64,000 nt of DNA, taken from Spirochaetaceae bacterium (GTDB taxonomy: Bacteria; Spirochaetota; Spirochaetia; DSM-2461). Every line of letters starts with the position of its first letter. Position 1 is the first letter of the stretch. The position numbers were made by a program, and so were the translations under genes. This document shows positions 27,045-36,737 of the stretch, in pieces. The stretch is taken from contig OZ245056.1 of NCBI GenBank assembly GCA_965224705.1, positions 1,408,001-1,472,000 of the forward strand, in the 5' to 3' direction. The notes under the pieces are model-generated. The model searched no databases. It was given only the letters and a program-made list of their open reading frames with translations, and was not told the DNA's origin.

Positions 27045-29714
27045 ATGAGTAATCAGTATGTTTTTTACTTCGGCGGAGGTAAAGCCGAAGGCCGGGCCCA
27101 GATGAAGGAATTGCTGGGCGGTAAAGGGGCCAATCTGGCAGAGATGACTAACTTGAATATACCCGTGCCCCCTGGATTCACGATTTCCACGGAGGCTTGT
27201 GATCTCTATTACAGGAATAACAGGTCCCACAGCGATGAGGTAAAAGCTCAGGTTGCCGCCAATCTGGAAAGATTGGAAAAAGAAATGGGGAAAACTCTGG
27301 GGAGTTCTGAAGACCCTCTCCTGGTTTCTGTCCGTTCTGGAGCTGCTGTCTCCATGCCGGGAATGATGGACACAGTCCTCAATCTGGGACTCAATGCTGA
27401 AGCTGTGGCAGGCATTGCGAGAAATACAGGCAACAGCCGGTTCGCATGGGATTCCTACAGACGGTTTATTCAGATGTTTGGAGATGTGGTGAAGGGAGTC
27501 CCCCACCATGCCTTTGAGAAAGCTCTTGATGCAATCAAACAATCAAAGGGTGTTGAAAATGATGTTGACCTGGAAGCGGAAGATTTGAAAAAAGTTGTGG
27601 ACAGCTACATGTCTGTCTACAGGGATAACGTTGGTTCGGATTTTCCCCAGGATCCGCGGCAGCAGCTCTGGGCAGCCATTGATGCGGTTTTCGGCTCCTG
27701 GAATAACGATAGAGCCGTTAAGTATCGGAATATCAATAAAATTGGTGACCTCCTGGGTACCGCAGTCAATGTTCAGTCCATGGTCTTTGGAAACTGGTCT
27801 GATACATCGGGAACAGGAGTCTGTTTCAGCCGGGATCCTTCCACGGGAGAGAACTATTTCTATGGAGAATACCTGATGAACGCTCAGGGAGAAGATGTTG
27901 TGGCCGGTATTCGGACTCCTGAGCCTCTCACTACCCTGAAGGACACCAATGCCGAAGTATACGAACAGCTGGTCAGTGTAAAAGAACGATTGGAAAAGCA
28001 TTACACAGACATGCAGGACATGGAATTCACCATTCAGGATGGGAGACTCTTCCTTCTGCAGACCCGCAATGGTAAGCGGACAGGTCAGGCTGCCTTGAAG
28101 GTGGCGGTCGATCTGGTTAAGGAAGGCTTGATAAACAGGGAAACTGCTGTTACCAGGGTTACTGGAGATCAGATGGATCAATTACTCCATCCAATGATAC
28201 CCCCCTCCTCCAAGAAGAAACTGAAAGCCATTGCCAGGGGGTTGGAGGCCTCCCCCGGAGCCGCTGTCGGAAAAATTGTCTTCAATGCCGATGAGGCTGA
28301 AGAATGGGTGGCCAGAGGTGAAAAAATAATTCTGGTGAGGAAGGAAACAAGTCCCGAAGACATCGGGGGCATGCATGTTGCTGAAGGTATACTCACTTCC
28401 ACAGGCGGAATGACCAGTCATGCTGCTGTTGTGGCCCGCGGCATGGGTACGCCTTGTGTCGCTGGCTGCAAGGATGTCATTGTCGACGAAAAAGCAAAGA
28501 AGGCTACCATTAATGGAGTGGATTACAGGGAGGGAAGCTTTCTCTCCCTTGATGGCAGTGATGGTGAGGTGTACTCCGGGCAGGTTGAACTGGTGCAGCC
28601 GGAACTCAGCGGAGAACTGAATCAGCTCCTGGAATGGGCCGATGAGATTCGACATGGTGCCAGACGGAAGGGTATTGCCGATGGTTTCTTTGTACGTACC
28701 AATGCCGATTTGCCGGAAGATGCCCGTAAGGGAGTTGAATTTGGTGCGGAAGGCATTGGACTTTGCCGAACCGAGCATATGTTTTTTGCGGAAGAGAAAC
28801 TCATTCCTTTCAGGCGCATGATTGTTGCGGACAGCCTTGAGGAGCGTAAAAAAGCTCTCCAACCCATCCTGAAACTCCAGATTGAGGATTTCATCGGCAT
28901 ATTCGAAGCCATGGATGGCCATCCGGTTACTGTGCGTCTTCTGGATCCTCCTCTGCATGAATTTGTGCCTCACAGCGAGGCTGAAGTGCGGGAACTTGCA
29001 AAAGAATTGGGCAGGGATGCGGACACTCTGGTGAAGCGGGTGGATGCACTCAAAGAGCTCAATCCCATGTTGGGACACAGGGGATGCCGTCTGGGAATAA
29101 CGTACCCGGAAGTATATGATATTCAGGTGGAGGCCATCATGAGTGCCGCCACCACTGTTGCCGGTCGTGGGGGTAAGGTACTGCCGGAAATAATGATCCC
29201 CCTGGTGGGAACGACGGCCGAACTGGAGATTTTACGGGCAAACGCCCAGAAAGTTGTAGACAGAGTGCTGGCAAAGACAGGCGTGGATGTGGAATACCTT
29301 ATCGGAACCATGATTGAGATTCCCCGAGCAGCTCTCACCTCGAATCTCATCGCTCCCCACGCCGATTTTTACTCCTTTGGAACCAACGATCTCACTCAAA
29401 TGACCTTTGGTTACAGTCGGGATGATGTGGGCAGCTTTCTCCCTGAGTATGTGGAAAAGAAGATCCTGAAAACGGACCCCTTCCAGTCTCTGGATACCGT
29501 GGGAGTGGGACAGTTGGTCGAGTTGGGTGTCTCCAGGGGACGAAGTGTTAAAAGTGATTTGAAAGCCGGTATTTGCGGTGAGCATGGCGGCGATCCTGAT
29601 TCCATTGCTTTCTGCTATGGTGCAGGATTGAACTATGTTTCCTGTTCTCCTTACAGGGTGCCCATTGCCAGGCTGGCGGCGGCCCAGGCTGTTGTGAATT
29701 CAAAAGAATCATGA
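27045..29714 (+). CDS. ppdK: Pyruvate, phosphate dikinase
   Basis: LLGGKGANLAEM, PLLVSVRSGA, GGMTSHAAVVAR (phospho-His), SFGTNDLTQ, GICGEHGGDP. Confidence 0.98.
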   Translation: MSNQYVFYFGGGKAEGRAQMKELLGGKGANLAEMTNLNIPVPPGFTISTEACDLYYRNNRSHSDEVKAQVAANLERLEKEMGKTLGSSEDPLLVSVRSGAAVSMPGMMDTVLNLGLNAEAVAGIARNTGNSRFAWDSYRRFIQMFGDVVKGVPHHAFEKALDAIKQSKGVENDVDLEAEDLKKVVDSYMSVYRDNVGSDFPQDPRQQLWAAIDAVFGSWNNDRAVKYRNINKIGDLLGTAVNVQSMVFGNWSDTSGTGVCFSRDPSTGENYFYGEYLMNAQGEDVVAGIRTPEPLTTLKDTNAEVYEQLVSVKERLEKHYTDMQDMEFTIQDGRLFLLQTRNGKRTGQAALKVAVDLVKEGLINRETAVTRVTGDQMDQLLHPMIPPSSKKKLKAIARGLEASPGAAVGKIVFNADEAEEWVARGEKIILVRKETSPEDIGGMHVAEGILTSTGGMTSHAAVVARGMGTPCVAGCKDVIVDEKAKKATINGVDYREGSFLSLDGSDGEVYSGQVELVQPELSGELNQLLEWADEIRHGARRKGIADGFFVRTNADLPEDARKGVEFGAEGIGLCRTEHMFFAEEKLIPFRRMIVADSLEERKKALQPILKLQIEDFIGIFEAMDGHPVTVRLLDPPLHEFVPHSEAEVRELAKELGRDADTLVKRVDALKELNPMLGHRGCRLGITYPEVYDIQVEAIMSAATTVAGRGGKVLPEIMIPLVGTTAELEILRANAQKVVDRVLAKTGVDVEYLIGTMIEIPRAALTSNLIAPHADFYSFGTNDLTQMTFGYSRDDVGSFLPEYVEKKILKTDPFQSLDTVGVGQLVELGVSRGRSVKSDLKAGICGEHGGDPDSIAFCYGAGLNYVSCSPYRVPIARLAAAQAVVNSKES

Positions 29715-29736
29715 CTTGATACTGCTGGTGCACTTT

Positions 29737-31002
29737 TCAGTGTGCCCGCAGTATGATGGCACGCCATCCCCGATGCCTCCTGTCTCCAATTACTATCCAG
29801 CCCTTTATATTCTTCAATAACCGTGCCAAGTTGGTACTTCGCCCGACAATGGCCCACTCACCGTGAGGCTTAATGGCTGCTGATGCCATTTCCAGCAGCC
29901 GGGTACTCCAGTCCGAGTATGGGATTGGATCCAGGTCCGTCAGTAAAAAATCAACTGAATGGACATCTAAACCGGTTTGCAATGAACCGGGTTCAGCAAG
30001 TTGAGCAATTTCAACTTCCCGAAGACCTGTGTACTTCTCAAGATTTTTCTCACTGATCAACAATGCTAATCGATCCCGTCCAGCCAGTATCAACCGCTCA
30101 GGTTTTGCACCACGGCGGCTCACACAGAGAAGGGGAAAATGACCCTGCCCTGGAGACCAGAATACAATTGTTCCTCTGTAGCTTTTTTTTTCAAGAAGCT
30201 CTGCCAGCAGTGTGATTCGCCAGGAGTGAGAGTCAAAGTCACCTATGTTCCACACTGTTTGCAGAGTATATTGCATCTGTTTGAATACGAATGTTACTGT
30301 TTGCCGGAGATAGGGAGCAAGCAGTCTTTCTTTGCTCTGCTTCAAACTGGATTTCCCCTCCCCTCTGAAGTGAATAACTGTGTGCTGCTTCGAGGAATCC
30401 TCATACAAAATTGTACTGCCGCCGGAGAGAATGAGTTCTCGACAGGAATTGCCCAGGGCTTTGATGATAACAAGAGCGACCCGTCCATCTGGTTTAAGAT
30501 ACCCTGCTGCATGATGGAGGAAATCAGCCAGGACTGGTTTTCCGGCTTTGGCGGGAAAATTTGAGACTATAAGATTGTAATCGGAAGAATGGGGGCCTTC
30601 CAGCATAAGCCGCTGAGCTGTTTCAACGTTTCTCAAAGAATTAAGTTCTGCATTGTGCCGGGATATGTCCACGGCCAGTCTGTCTCTGTCAACAAGCCGG
30701 ACAGCGGCATCCGGACACCGTGATGCAATGGCCAGCCCCAGAGTTCCGGTTCCGCAGCCTGTATCAAGAACCTGTTTCATGTTCTCCAAATCACATTCCC
30801 GGGCAATACTTTTAAGAAGAAGCATGGATCCCGCATCGACACCGGCACTGCTGAACAGTCCGAGGGATAAGTCTAAAGTGAGATTTTTGCCTGCAAAACG
30901 AAAACTTGTGCGGCGGTTAATCAAATCCGCATGAAGGGAGGTTTCAGCCGTTGATACGTTCCTGGTATTCTTTTGTTTCAACATTGATGCGGATTCTTTC
31001 AC
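29737..31002 (-). CDS. Class I SAM-dependent methyltransferase (RsmC/MTS-like); start uncertain
   Basis: LFSSAGVDAGSMLLL, VLDTGCGTGTLG, IVSNFPAKAG. Confidence 0.8.
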   Translation of the reverse strand: MKESASMLKQKNTRNVSTAETSLHADLINRRTSFRFAGKNLTLDLSLGLFSSAGVDAGSMLLLKSIARECDLENMKQVLDTGCGTGTLGLAIASRCPDAAVRLVDRDRLAVDISRHNAELNSLRNVETAQRLMLEGPHSSDYNLIVSNFPAKAGKPVLADFLHHAAGYLKPDGRVALVIIKALGNSCRELILSGGSTILYEDSSKQHTVIHFRGEGKSSLKQSKERLLAPYLRQTVTFVFKQMQYTLQTVWNIGDFDSHSWRITLLAELLEKKSYRGTIVFWSPGQGHFPLLCVSRRGAKPERLILAGRDRLALLISEKNLEKYTGLREVEIAQLAEPGSLQTGLDVHSVDFLLTDLDPIPYSDWSTRLLEMASAAIKPHGEWAIVGRSTNLARLLKNIKGWIVIGDRRHRGWRAIILRAH

Positions 31003-31513
31003 CCTGTTTGATGAATATGGGGACTTTCACCGTGAGACCGGTTTCTGTCACGACATGCTTGGATGCTCCGGTGACCGTATCACCCTTAACAGCCTCGTCT
31101 GCTTCCGCAACAATGAGATCTTTTTTCGGCGGCAGACGTATGTCCAGAGTTTCTTCATTCCATTGAGTGAGCTTGAACGTTTCTCCTTCAAGCATGAAGT
31201 ATTGGGCATCTTCGTGGGCACTGATGGGTACCTCGAATTGTTCAAAGGTAGTGGAGTTCATGAAATGATAGGCGCTGCCATCGGAGTAAAGAAACTGGGA
31301 TTCCACCTCCTCAACATCAATTTCCTCACAATTGTCCTGGCTCTTATGAGTGATCTTCTGGACAGATCCATTGCGGAGGTTTTTCAGCTTGAGCCGTACA
31401 AAGGCCGAACCTTTGCCCGGATTGACGAATTCTCTTTCCTGTACTATAAACGGTTCTCCCTTTTCCTGAAGGTAAAACCCCTTGGCGATTGCACCAGCCT
31501 TTATCATTCCCAT
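30944..31513 (-). CDS. efp: Elongation factor P
   Basis: FVNPGKGSAFVRLKLKN, VKGDT, TETGLTVKVPIFIKQGE. Confidence 0.97.
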   Translation of the reverse strand: MGMIKAGAIAKGFYLQEKGEPFIVQEREFVNPGKGSAFVRLKLKNLRNGSVQKITHKSQDNCEEIDVEEVESQFLYSDGSAYHFMNSTTFEQFEVPISAHEDAQYFMLEGETFKLTQWNEETLDIRLPPKKDLIVAEADEAVKGDTVTGASKHVVTETGLTVKVPIFIKQGERIRINVETKEYQERING

Positions 31514-32541
31514 GTATCAGGCATCATATCATGGATGGAGAAAAGATCCAGCCCATACAGATTATTATCTCCCCGGAGCAGGGCAATAAGTCTGTCCAGA
31601 CCAAGGGCCACTCCGGAGCATCGGGGCATTTTACCGGCTACAGATTGAAGCCAGTTATTGTCAGTTTTCACCGGTATGATGGCATTTTCTTTTCTTGGTG
31701 CCTGATCATCCCAGTATTGCTGAAGGGCTTTCATGTCATTTTCTTCGGTGTAACAATTGGCCGTTTCCACACCGCGATAGTATAATTCCCAGCGATCGGC
31801 CCATGGGGTTTCTTGTATGGAACAGGCAAGGGTGGGAATCAATGATGGCCAGTCTTTCAGGATCAGGGGCCTGTCCGCAGGGAGTTTTTCTTCCACCAGG
31901 GAGATGAACAGCCGATGAAAAAGATCATCAGGAGTGTCATTCTCATCCCCGGAAGGGAGATTCCTCTCGGACAGACGCTGTGCGAATATGGTTTTGATTT
32001 CCTCAAGAGAGGGATTGAGAGTGTCGCATCCGGCGTTCCGGAGGTCATCTTCCAGAGAAAAACCGGCCAACTCTTCGAAAGCCTGATTCATTGTCATGAT
32101 ACGAAAATCCAGCTTATGGGATAAGTCATTCTTATCTCCAATTGTTTGGTATGCAAGGGTGAATAGCTTTTGCATTCTTGCTATGTTTGCTGCGGCATCT
32201 GCACCGATTTCATACCATTCCAGCATGGAGAATTCCATACGGTGCCAGTTATCAATCTGCTCACCATTACGGAAACACTTACTGATTTGATATAGGGAGG
32301 GAGAGCCTCTGGCAAGTAGAATTTTCATCCACACTTCCGGTGAAGGGATGAGGAAGAGCCGGTGAGTATTTCCTCTGGATCTGACGGCATTTGTTTCGAA
32401 GAGCTCAATCTGGCTTTCGGGGATGGGTGATGGGGTGAGCGTTGGAGTTTCTACTTCCAGAAATCCAGCCTGATCAAAGTATTGGCGTATCTTTCTGTAC
32501 AGAACTGATTTTTGCCGCAGGGCAGTCCATGAAGACAACAT
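31504..32541 (-). CDS. epmA: EF-P lysine aminoacylase (GenX/PoxA)
   Basis: GFLEVETP, SPEVWMKILL, KCFRNGE...H..EFSMLEWY, SGVALGLDRL; no anticodon-binding domain; adjacent to efp. Confidence 0.92.
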   Translation of the reverse strand: MLSSWTALRQKSVLYRKIRQYFDQAGFLEVETPTLTPSPIPESQIELFETNAVRSRGNTHRLFLIPSPEVWMKILLARGSPSLYQISKCFRNGEQIDNWHRMEFSMLEWYEIGADAAANIARMQKLFTLAYQTIGDKNDLSHKLDFRIMTMNQAFEELAGFSLEDDLRNAGCDTLNPSLEEIKTIFAQRLSERNLPSGDENDTPDDLFHRLFISLVEEKLPADRPLILKDWPSLIPTLACSIQETPWADRWELYYRGVETANCYTEENDMKALQQYWDDQAPRKENAIIPVKTDNNWLQSVAGKMPRCSGVALGLDRLIALLRGDNNLYGLDLFSIHDMMPDTWE

Positions 32542-32595
32542 GTCGTAATTTTAAAAGGATCTCCAGGAGGCTGTCGGACTGTAATCAGCAGAGTG

Positions 32596-32769
32596 TCAGT
32601 CGCTGTTTATACAATCAGTTGGACAAACATCAACACAGGCACCACAGCTGATGCAGGCATCCTCTTCAATAATTCGGGCGTTATCCTGTTCACTGATGGC
32701 GTCAACAGGGCATTCAGGTTCACAGGCACCGCAGTTGATACAGTCGTTTTTTGTAATAGTGTAAGCCAC
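32596..32769 (-). CDS. 2[4Fe-4S] ferredoxin
   Basis: CINCGACEPECP and CISCGACVDVCP; GGAG RBS before GTG 32769. Confidence 0.95.
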   Translation of the reverse strand: MAYTITKNDCINCGACEPECPVDAISEQDNARIIEEDACISCGACVDVCPTDCINSD

Positions 32770-32878
32770 ATTCTTCTCCAATGAGTCGTTTCAAAATCAA
32801 TTTATTGAAAGTTATTAAAAACTCTCTATAAGGTATCAGTTCGTGAAGGAATATCGCTACCCTGATGTTACCTCGACC

Positions 32879-32940
32879 AGATTCTCATTGAAAATGAAGC
32901 TTTTGCCAAGCCTTTTACATGAAAAAATCAACTTTTCTAT
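32879..32940. repeat. ~60-bp intergenic repeat (family M3), copy 1
   Basis: attctcattgaaaatgaagc...caagcctttt acatgaaaaa...ttttctat matches 46541-46600. Confidence 0.7.
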
Positions 32941-33105
32941 TTGATCAATGTTACAATGCGCAGGCAGCGGTTGATGACGAAGGGAGCATACTGATCCTGG
33001 CTGGAGTAAATCTGACAGGTTGCTGGTTAAAGAGTCAATACCGTGTTCTTCATTCTTTTCGGGATGGAATTAGATGCGATTATCTTGATTTCTCTGGATT
33101 TCACC

Positions 33106-33134
33106 TTGACGCCTCAGATCGTTTCTCCTATTCT
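33106..33134 (+). promoter_or_regulatory. Promoter of the sugar ABC operon
   Basis: TTGACG-17 bp-TATTCT, upstream of an AAGGAGG RBS. Confidence 0.55.
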
Positions 33135-33206
33135 TCAATAAGGTGTTGGACAACGCCTGGAAAATTAAAAATGCCAATTGAAAATGGTATTTAAGGAGGA
33201 AACGAT

Positions 33207-34481
33207 ATGAAGAATGCCTGGATCGCATTAATTCTTTCCATGGTTCTGTCTGTCAGCGTATTCGCTGGAGGTGGGCAGGAAACCGCCGTGGAAGGAGAGG
33301 ATGTCACGATCACGATGTTCCAGCTCAAAGTTGAGATTAAGGACGCTCTCGACGGCTTTGCTGCAAAATACTCCGCGATGGCTCCCGGAGTCACCGTCGA
33401 AGTGGAAACCCTCGGTGGAGGCGCGGATTATGGAGGGGCCATGAAGGCCAAGGCTCAGGCCGGTGACATGCCCGATATCTTCGTCATTGAAGGTAAAGGG
33501 GGTTACGATGTATGGAAGGACTACATTGCCGACCTCAGCGCGGAACCCTGGGTCAATGATACCGATCTCGAATTCATTGTGGATGGCACTGTCTACGGAT
33601 TCCCCGTAGCTATTGAAGGATATGGCCTTGCCTACAATGCCGATATTCTCGCGAAGGCCGGGATTGATCCCGCTTCCCTGACTACCCGCGGTGCCTACGA
33701 AGAAGCTTTTATGAAACTGGAGAGCATGAAAGGCGAACTCGGAATTGATGCTCCCGTGGCCATGGCCGCATCCCTGGCCGGAGGCATGTGGTGGGTAGCC
33801 GGTCAGCACAACCTGGCCGCCTACTGGGGCGGTGGACTGGATTTCACCGATACCAGCGTAATCAATTCCGCTCTGAGGGGGCAAATGGATGAAGATCGCT
33901 TCCGTGAATATGCCCAATATGTACAGCTTCTGTTTAAGTATGCCGATCAGAACATCCTTTTGAACGGCAGTTATGACGATCAGGTTGGTTCTTTCGCCCA
34001 GGGCCGCACGGCATTTCTGCACCAGGGCAACTGGGTGGATCCGAACATGAAGCAACTCGGGGTAAGCTTCAAAATGGGATATGCTCCCCACGCCTTCACC
34101 GAAAAGCCTCAGGAAGGGCTCTACCTCTTCGCTCCCAGCTGGTACTGTGTCAATGCCCAGAGCCCCAATGCCGATGCTGCCAAGGCCTTTTTGGCCGCCA
34201 TGGCGGGAACTCCCGATGGACATAACTACATGGTCAACGAAGCCGGCATGATCCCCGCCTTCAAGTCCGTTACCGACCAGCCCTCCGGTCAGCTCAGCCA
34301 GGCGCTGATGGCCGCCAATGCCAGGGGTGGAAACTACGGTGTATTCTTTGGAATGCTCCCCGATGGGGCCGGTCAGAATGTCTTCGGTCCGATCTACGAT
34401 CTGTACGCCCAGAATCAGGATGATCTTGATCAATTCATCGCTGATATGAAAGAGGCTATTGCGGGTCTTCCCAACATGTAA
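33207..34481 (+). CDS. Sugar ABC transporter substrate-binding protein
   Basis: Signal peptide + FAGGGQE; FQLKVEI, GDMPDIF, YGFPVAIEGYGLAYN, HQGNW. Confidence 0.93.
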   Translation: MKNAWIALILSMVLSVSVFAGGGQETAVEGEDVTITMFQLKVEIKDALDGFAAKYSAMAPGVTVEVETLGGGADYGGAMKAKAQAGDMPDIFVIEGKGGYDVWKDYIADLSAEPWVNDTDLEFIVDGTVYGFPVAIEGYGLAYNADILAKAGIDPASLTTRGAYEEAFMKLESMKGELGIDAPVAMAASLAGGMWWVAGQHNLAAYWGGGLDFTDTSVINSALRGQMDEDRFREYAQYVQLLFKYADQNILLNGSYDDQVGSFAQGRTAFLHQGNWVDPNMKQLGVSFKMGYAPHAFTEKPQEGLYLFAPSWYCVNAQSPNADAAKAFLAAMAGTPDGHNYMVNEAGMIPAFKSVTDQPSGQLSQALMAANARGGNYGVFFGMLPDGAGQNVFGPIYDLYAQNQDDLDQFIADMKEAIAGLPNM

Positions 34482-34494
34482 TTGAATTGGGCGG

Positions 34495-34629
34495 GACTGT
34501 GTCAGGACTCGTCTTTGACCCGCATACGGCGTTGAAAAACCCGCTTAAAATGCTCATGTATACGCATAGCGCTTTTAAGCGGGTTCCCGCCCTGTTCTTA
34601 AGAACCAGATCCTTCGTCCTGACACAGCC
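34495..34629. mobile_element. MITE/REP-like element (family M2), complete copy
   Basis: Terminal inverted repeat ggactgtgtcaggac / gtcctgacacagcc; internal hairpin aacccgcttaaaa...ttttaagcgggtt; partial copies at 21076 and 46423. Confidence 0.7.
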
Positions 34630-34677
34630 TGTTTTTTCTCATCAGGCTCTCAGGATCCTTAACAGGAGCCATCCGCT

Positions 34678-35565
34678 ATGGATAACAAACGTTTTATCAA
34701 TATACTATTTTTATTCCCCGTGGTTTTCGCCTTCATCATGGTAATCGTCGTACCATTCTTTTTTGGCCTCTACTATTCCCTGACAGACTGGAACGGCATC
34801 AGTCCCATTGTAAACTTCATCGGCCTGGCAAACTACGTTGATTTTTTCACCATGCCGAGCTTTCTCTACTCTTTTTTGATTACCATAGCCTTTACACTCA
34901 TCAATGTGATTCTTGTCAACATTGTCAGTTTCGCCCTCTCCCTTATCATTACCAGCGATTTGAAGTTACGGAACTTTTACAGGGCCGGTTTTTTTGTACC
35001 CTATTTGATCGGCGGAATTGTCCTTGGATATATCTGGCAGTTTCTGTTCAATAACTTCCTTGTCTCGATCGGACAGAATCTGTCCCTCCAGTTTCTGCAA
35101 ACATCATTCCTGAGTCGGCCGGAATTTGTTATCTGGGCCATGTCGGCAGTCAATACCTGGCAGTATGCGGGATATCTGATGCTCATCTATGTGGCGTCGA
35201 TCCAGAGCATCCCCGCCTCGCTGACGGAAGCCGCCGAGGTGGACGGCGCCTCCTATTTGCGGCGGGTCATTCATATTCAGGTCCCCATGATGGCAAACGC
35301 CTTTACAATCTCCCTGTTTCTGACTCTGACAACATCCTTCAAGCAATTCGATATGAACTTCACCCTGACCAACGGCGGTCCGGCCACCCGGTTCATGGGG
35401 GCTCCTGTTAAAGCCAGCCAGTTGCTGGCAATGAATATCTTTCACACCGCCACCGCCAACAGAATGGCCGAGGCACAGGCAAAAGCCGTGGTGCTCTTCA
35501 TATCACTGGTGGTCGTCGCCTTGATTCAGGTTGCCATCAACAAGAAAAAAGAGGTGGAAATGTAA
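34678..35565 (+). CDS. Sugar ABC transporter permease
   Basis: YSLTDWNG, EAA motif LTEAAEVDGAS, LTNGGP. Confidence 0.93.
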   Translation: MDNKRFINILFLFPVVFAFIMVIVVPFFFGLYYSLTDWNGISPIVNFIGLANYVDFFTMPSFLYSFLITIAFTLINVILVNIVSFALSLIITSDLKLRNFYRAGFFVPYLIGGIVLGYIWQFLFNNFLVSIGQNLSLQFLQTSFLSRPEFVIWAMSAVNTWQYAGYLMLIYVASIQSIPASLTEAAEVDGASYLRRVIHIQVPMMANAFTISLFLTLTTSFKQFDMNFTLTNGGPATRFMGAPVKASQLLAMNIFHTATANRMAEAQAKAVVLFISLVVVALIQVAINKKKEVEM

Positions 35566-36482
35566 TGAGTACGATAGCAACGAATCAACCATCCGGCCTA
35601 TCCGCCCACGCTAAGGCGGTAGGAGGCAATTCACGGAAGACAGGAAAGATCATCCTTGAAGTCGTCACAGTCACGCTCTTCCTGCTGTTTATGGTCCCCT
35701 TCATCCTGGTCATCCTGAATTCAGCTAAAACTTCCAGGGAGATCATTTTCAATGCCATCGCCCTGCCTACCGACTGGGGTCAGATCTTGACCAATATTTC
35801 CCTTATCTTCAATAATCCGACAGTCGATTACTACGGGGCCTTTGTGGATAGTACCCTGATCACTGTCTTCTCGCTCATCGTCATCGTGGTTTTCTCATCC
35901 ATGGCGGCCTGGGTATTGGTCCGAAATAAAACTTCCTGGTCCACCTGGTTGTTCATGATCTTCGTAGCGGCCATGGTAATCCCCTTCCAGGTACTGATGT
36001 ATCCTTTAGTCCGGTGGATGAGGATCCTGGGTGACTTCCTACACCTCCGCCTGCTTGGCTCCATCCCGGGGATCGTCTTCGCCTACCTTGGGTTCGGATC
36101 ATCCCTTTCCATCTTCATCTTCCATGGATTTATCAAGTCCATTCCATACGAGTTGGAAGAAGCGGCCACCATCGATGGCTGTTCCCAGCAGAGGATCTTC
36201 TTTCAGATCATATTCCCGCTGCTCAAGCCCATCATCGTCACGGTATTGATTCTCAATGGAATCTGGATATGGAACGACTACCTGCTGCCCCTTCTGATGC
36301 TTGGTTCAAACGGCAGCGTGCAAACCATTCCCATCGCCGTGACGGCCTTCGCGGGGGCCTACCTCAAACAATGGGATCTCATTCTGACTTCGACACTGCT
36401 GGCGATACTGCCTGTGATAGTACTCTATATTTTTGCGCAGAGATATATCATAAAAGGGATGATTGAGGGCGCGATAAAGTGA
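35565..36482 (+). CDS. Sugar ABC transporter permease
   Basis: IPYELEEAATIDGCS, WNDYLLPL, QRYIIKGMIEGAIK. Confidence 0.93.
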   Translation: MSTIATNQPSGLSAHAKAVGGNSRKTGKIILEVVTVTLFLLFMVPFILVILNSAKTSREIIFNAIALPTDWGQILTNISLIFNNPTVDYYGAFVDSTLITVFSLIVIVVFSSMAAWVLVRNKTSWSTWLFMIFVAAMVIPFQVLMYPLVRWMRILGDFLHLRLLGSIPGIVFAYLGFGSSLSIFIFHGFIKSIPYELEEAATIDGCSQQRIFFQIIFPLLKPIIVTVLILNGIWIWNDYLLPLLMLGSNGSVQTIPIAVTAFAGAYLKQWDLILTSTLLAILPVIVLYIFAQRYIIKGMIEGAIK

Positions 36483-36601
36483 TCGGGAACCACCTTTGAA
36501 GGGCAAGCGGAACGGGGAAGAGCCCAGCCGAAAGGTTATCAGTATGCCGGGAGTAACGATGTGGACGACGCGGGGTGCTATGAGGATAATTCCAGAGCGC
36601 A

Positions 36602-36702
36602 GGGGGGATTCTCAAGGGGGACACCCCCTTGAGTCGTATTTTTCTTTGTTAAACTTTCTTTTTGTCGAAAAAAAAGAAAGTTTAGGCCCAGCGGCCCGAG
36701 CG
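36602..36702 (+). repeat. Double-hairpin repeat R, copy 3
   Basis: Core as copy 1, plus tail AGCGGCCCGAGCG. Confidence 0.95.
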
Positions 36703-36737
36703 ACCACCCACAAAAACATGCTACACTAAAATCCATT

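Noticed and set aside
33228..34433. 401-aa minus-strand ORF
   Set aside because: Antisense shadow of the sugar-binding protein gene
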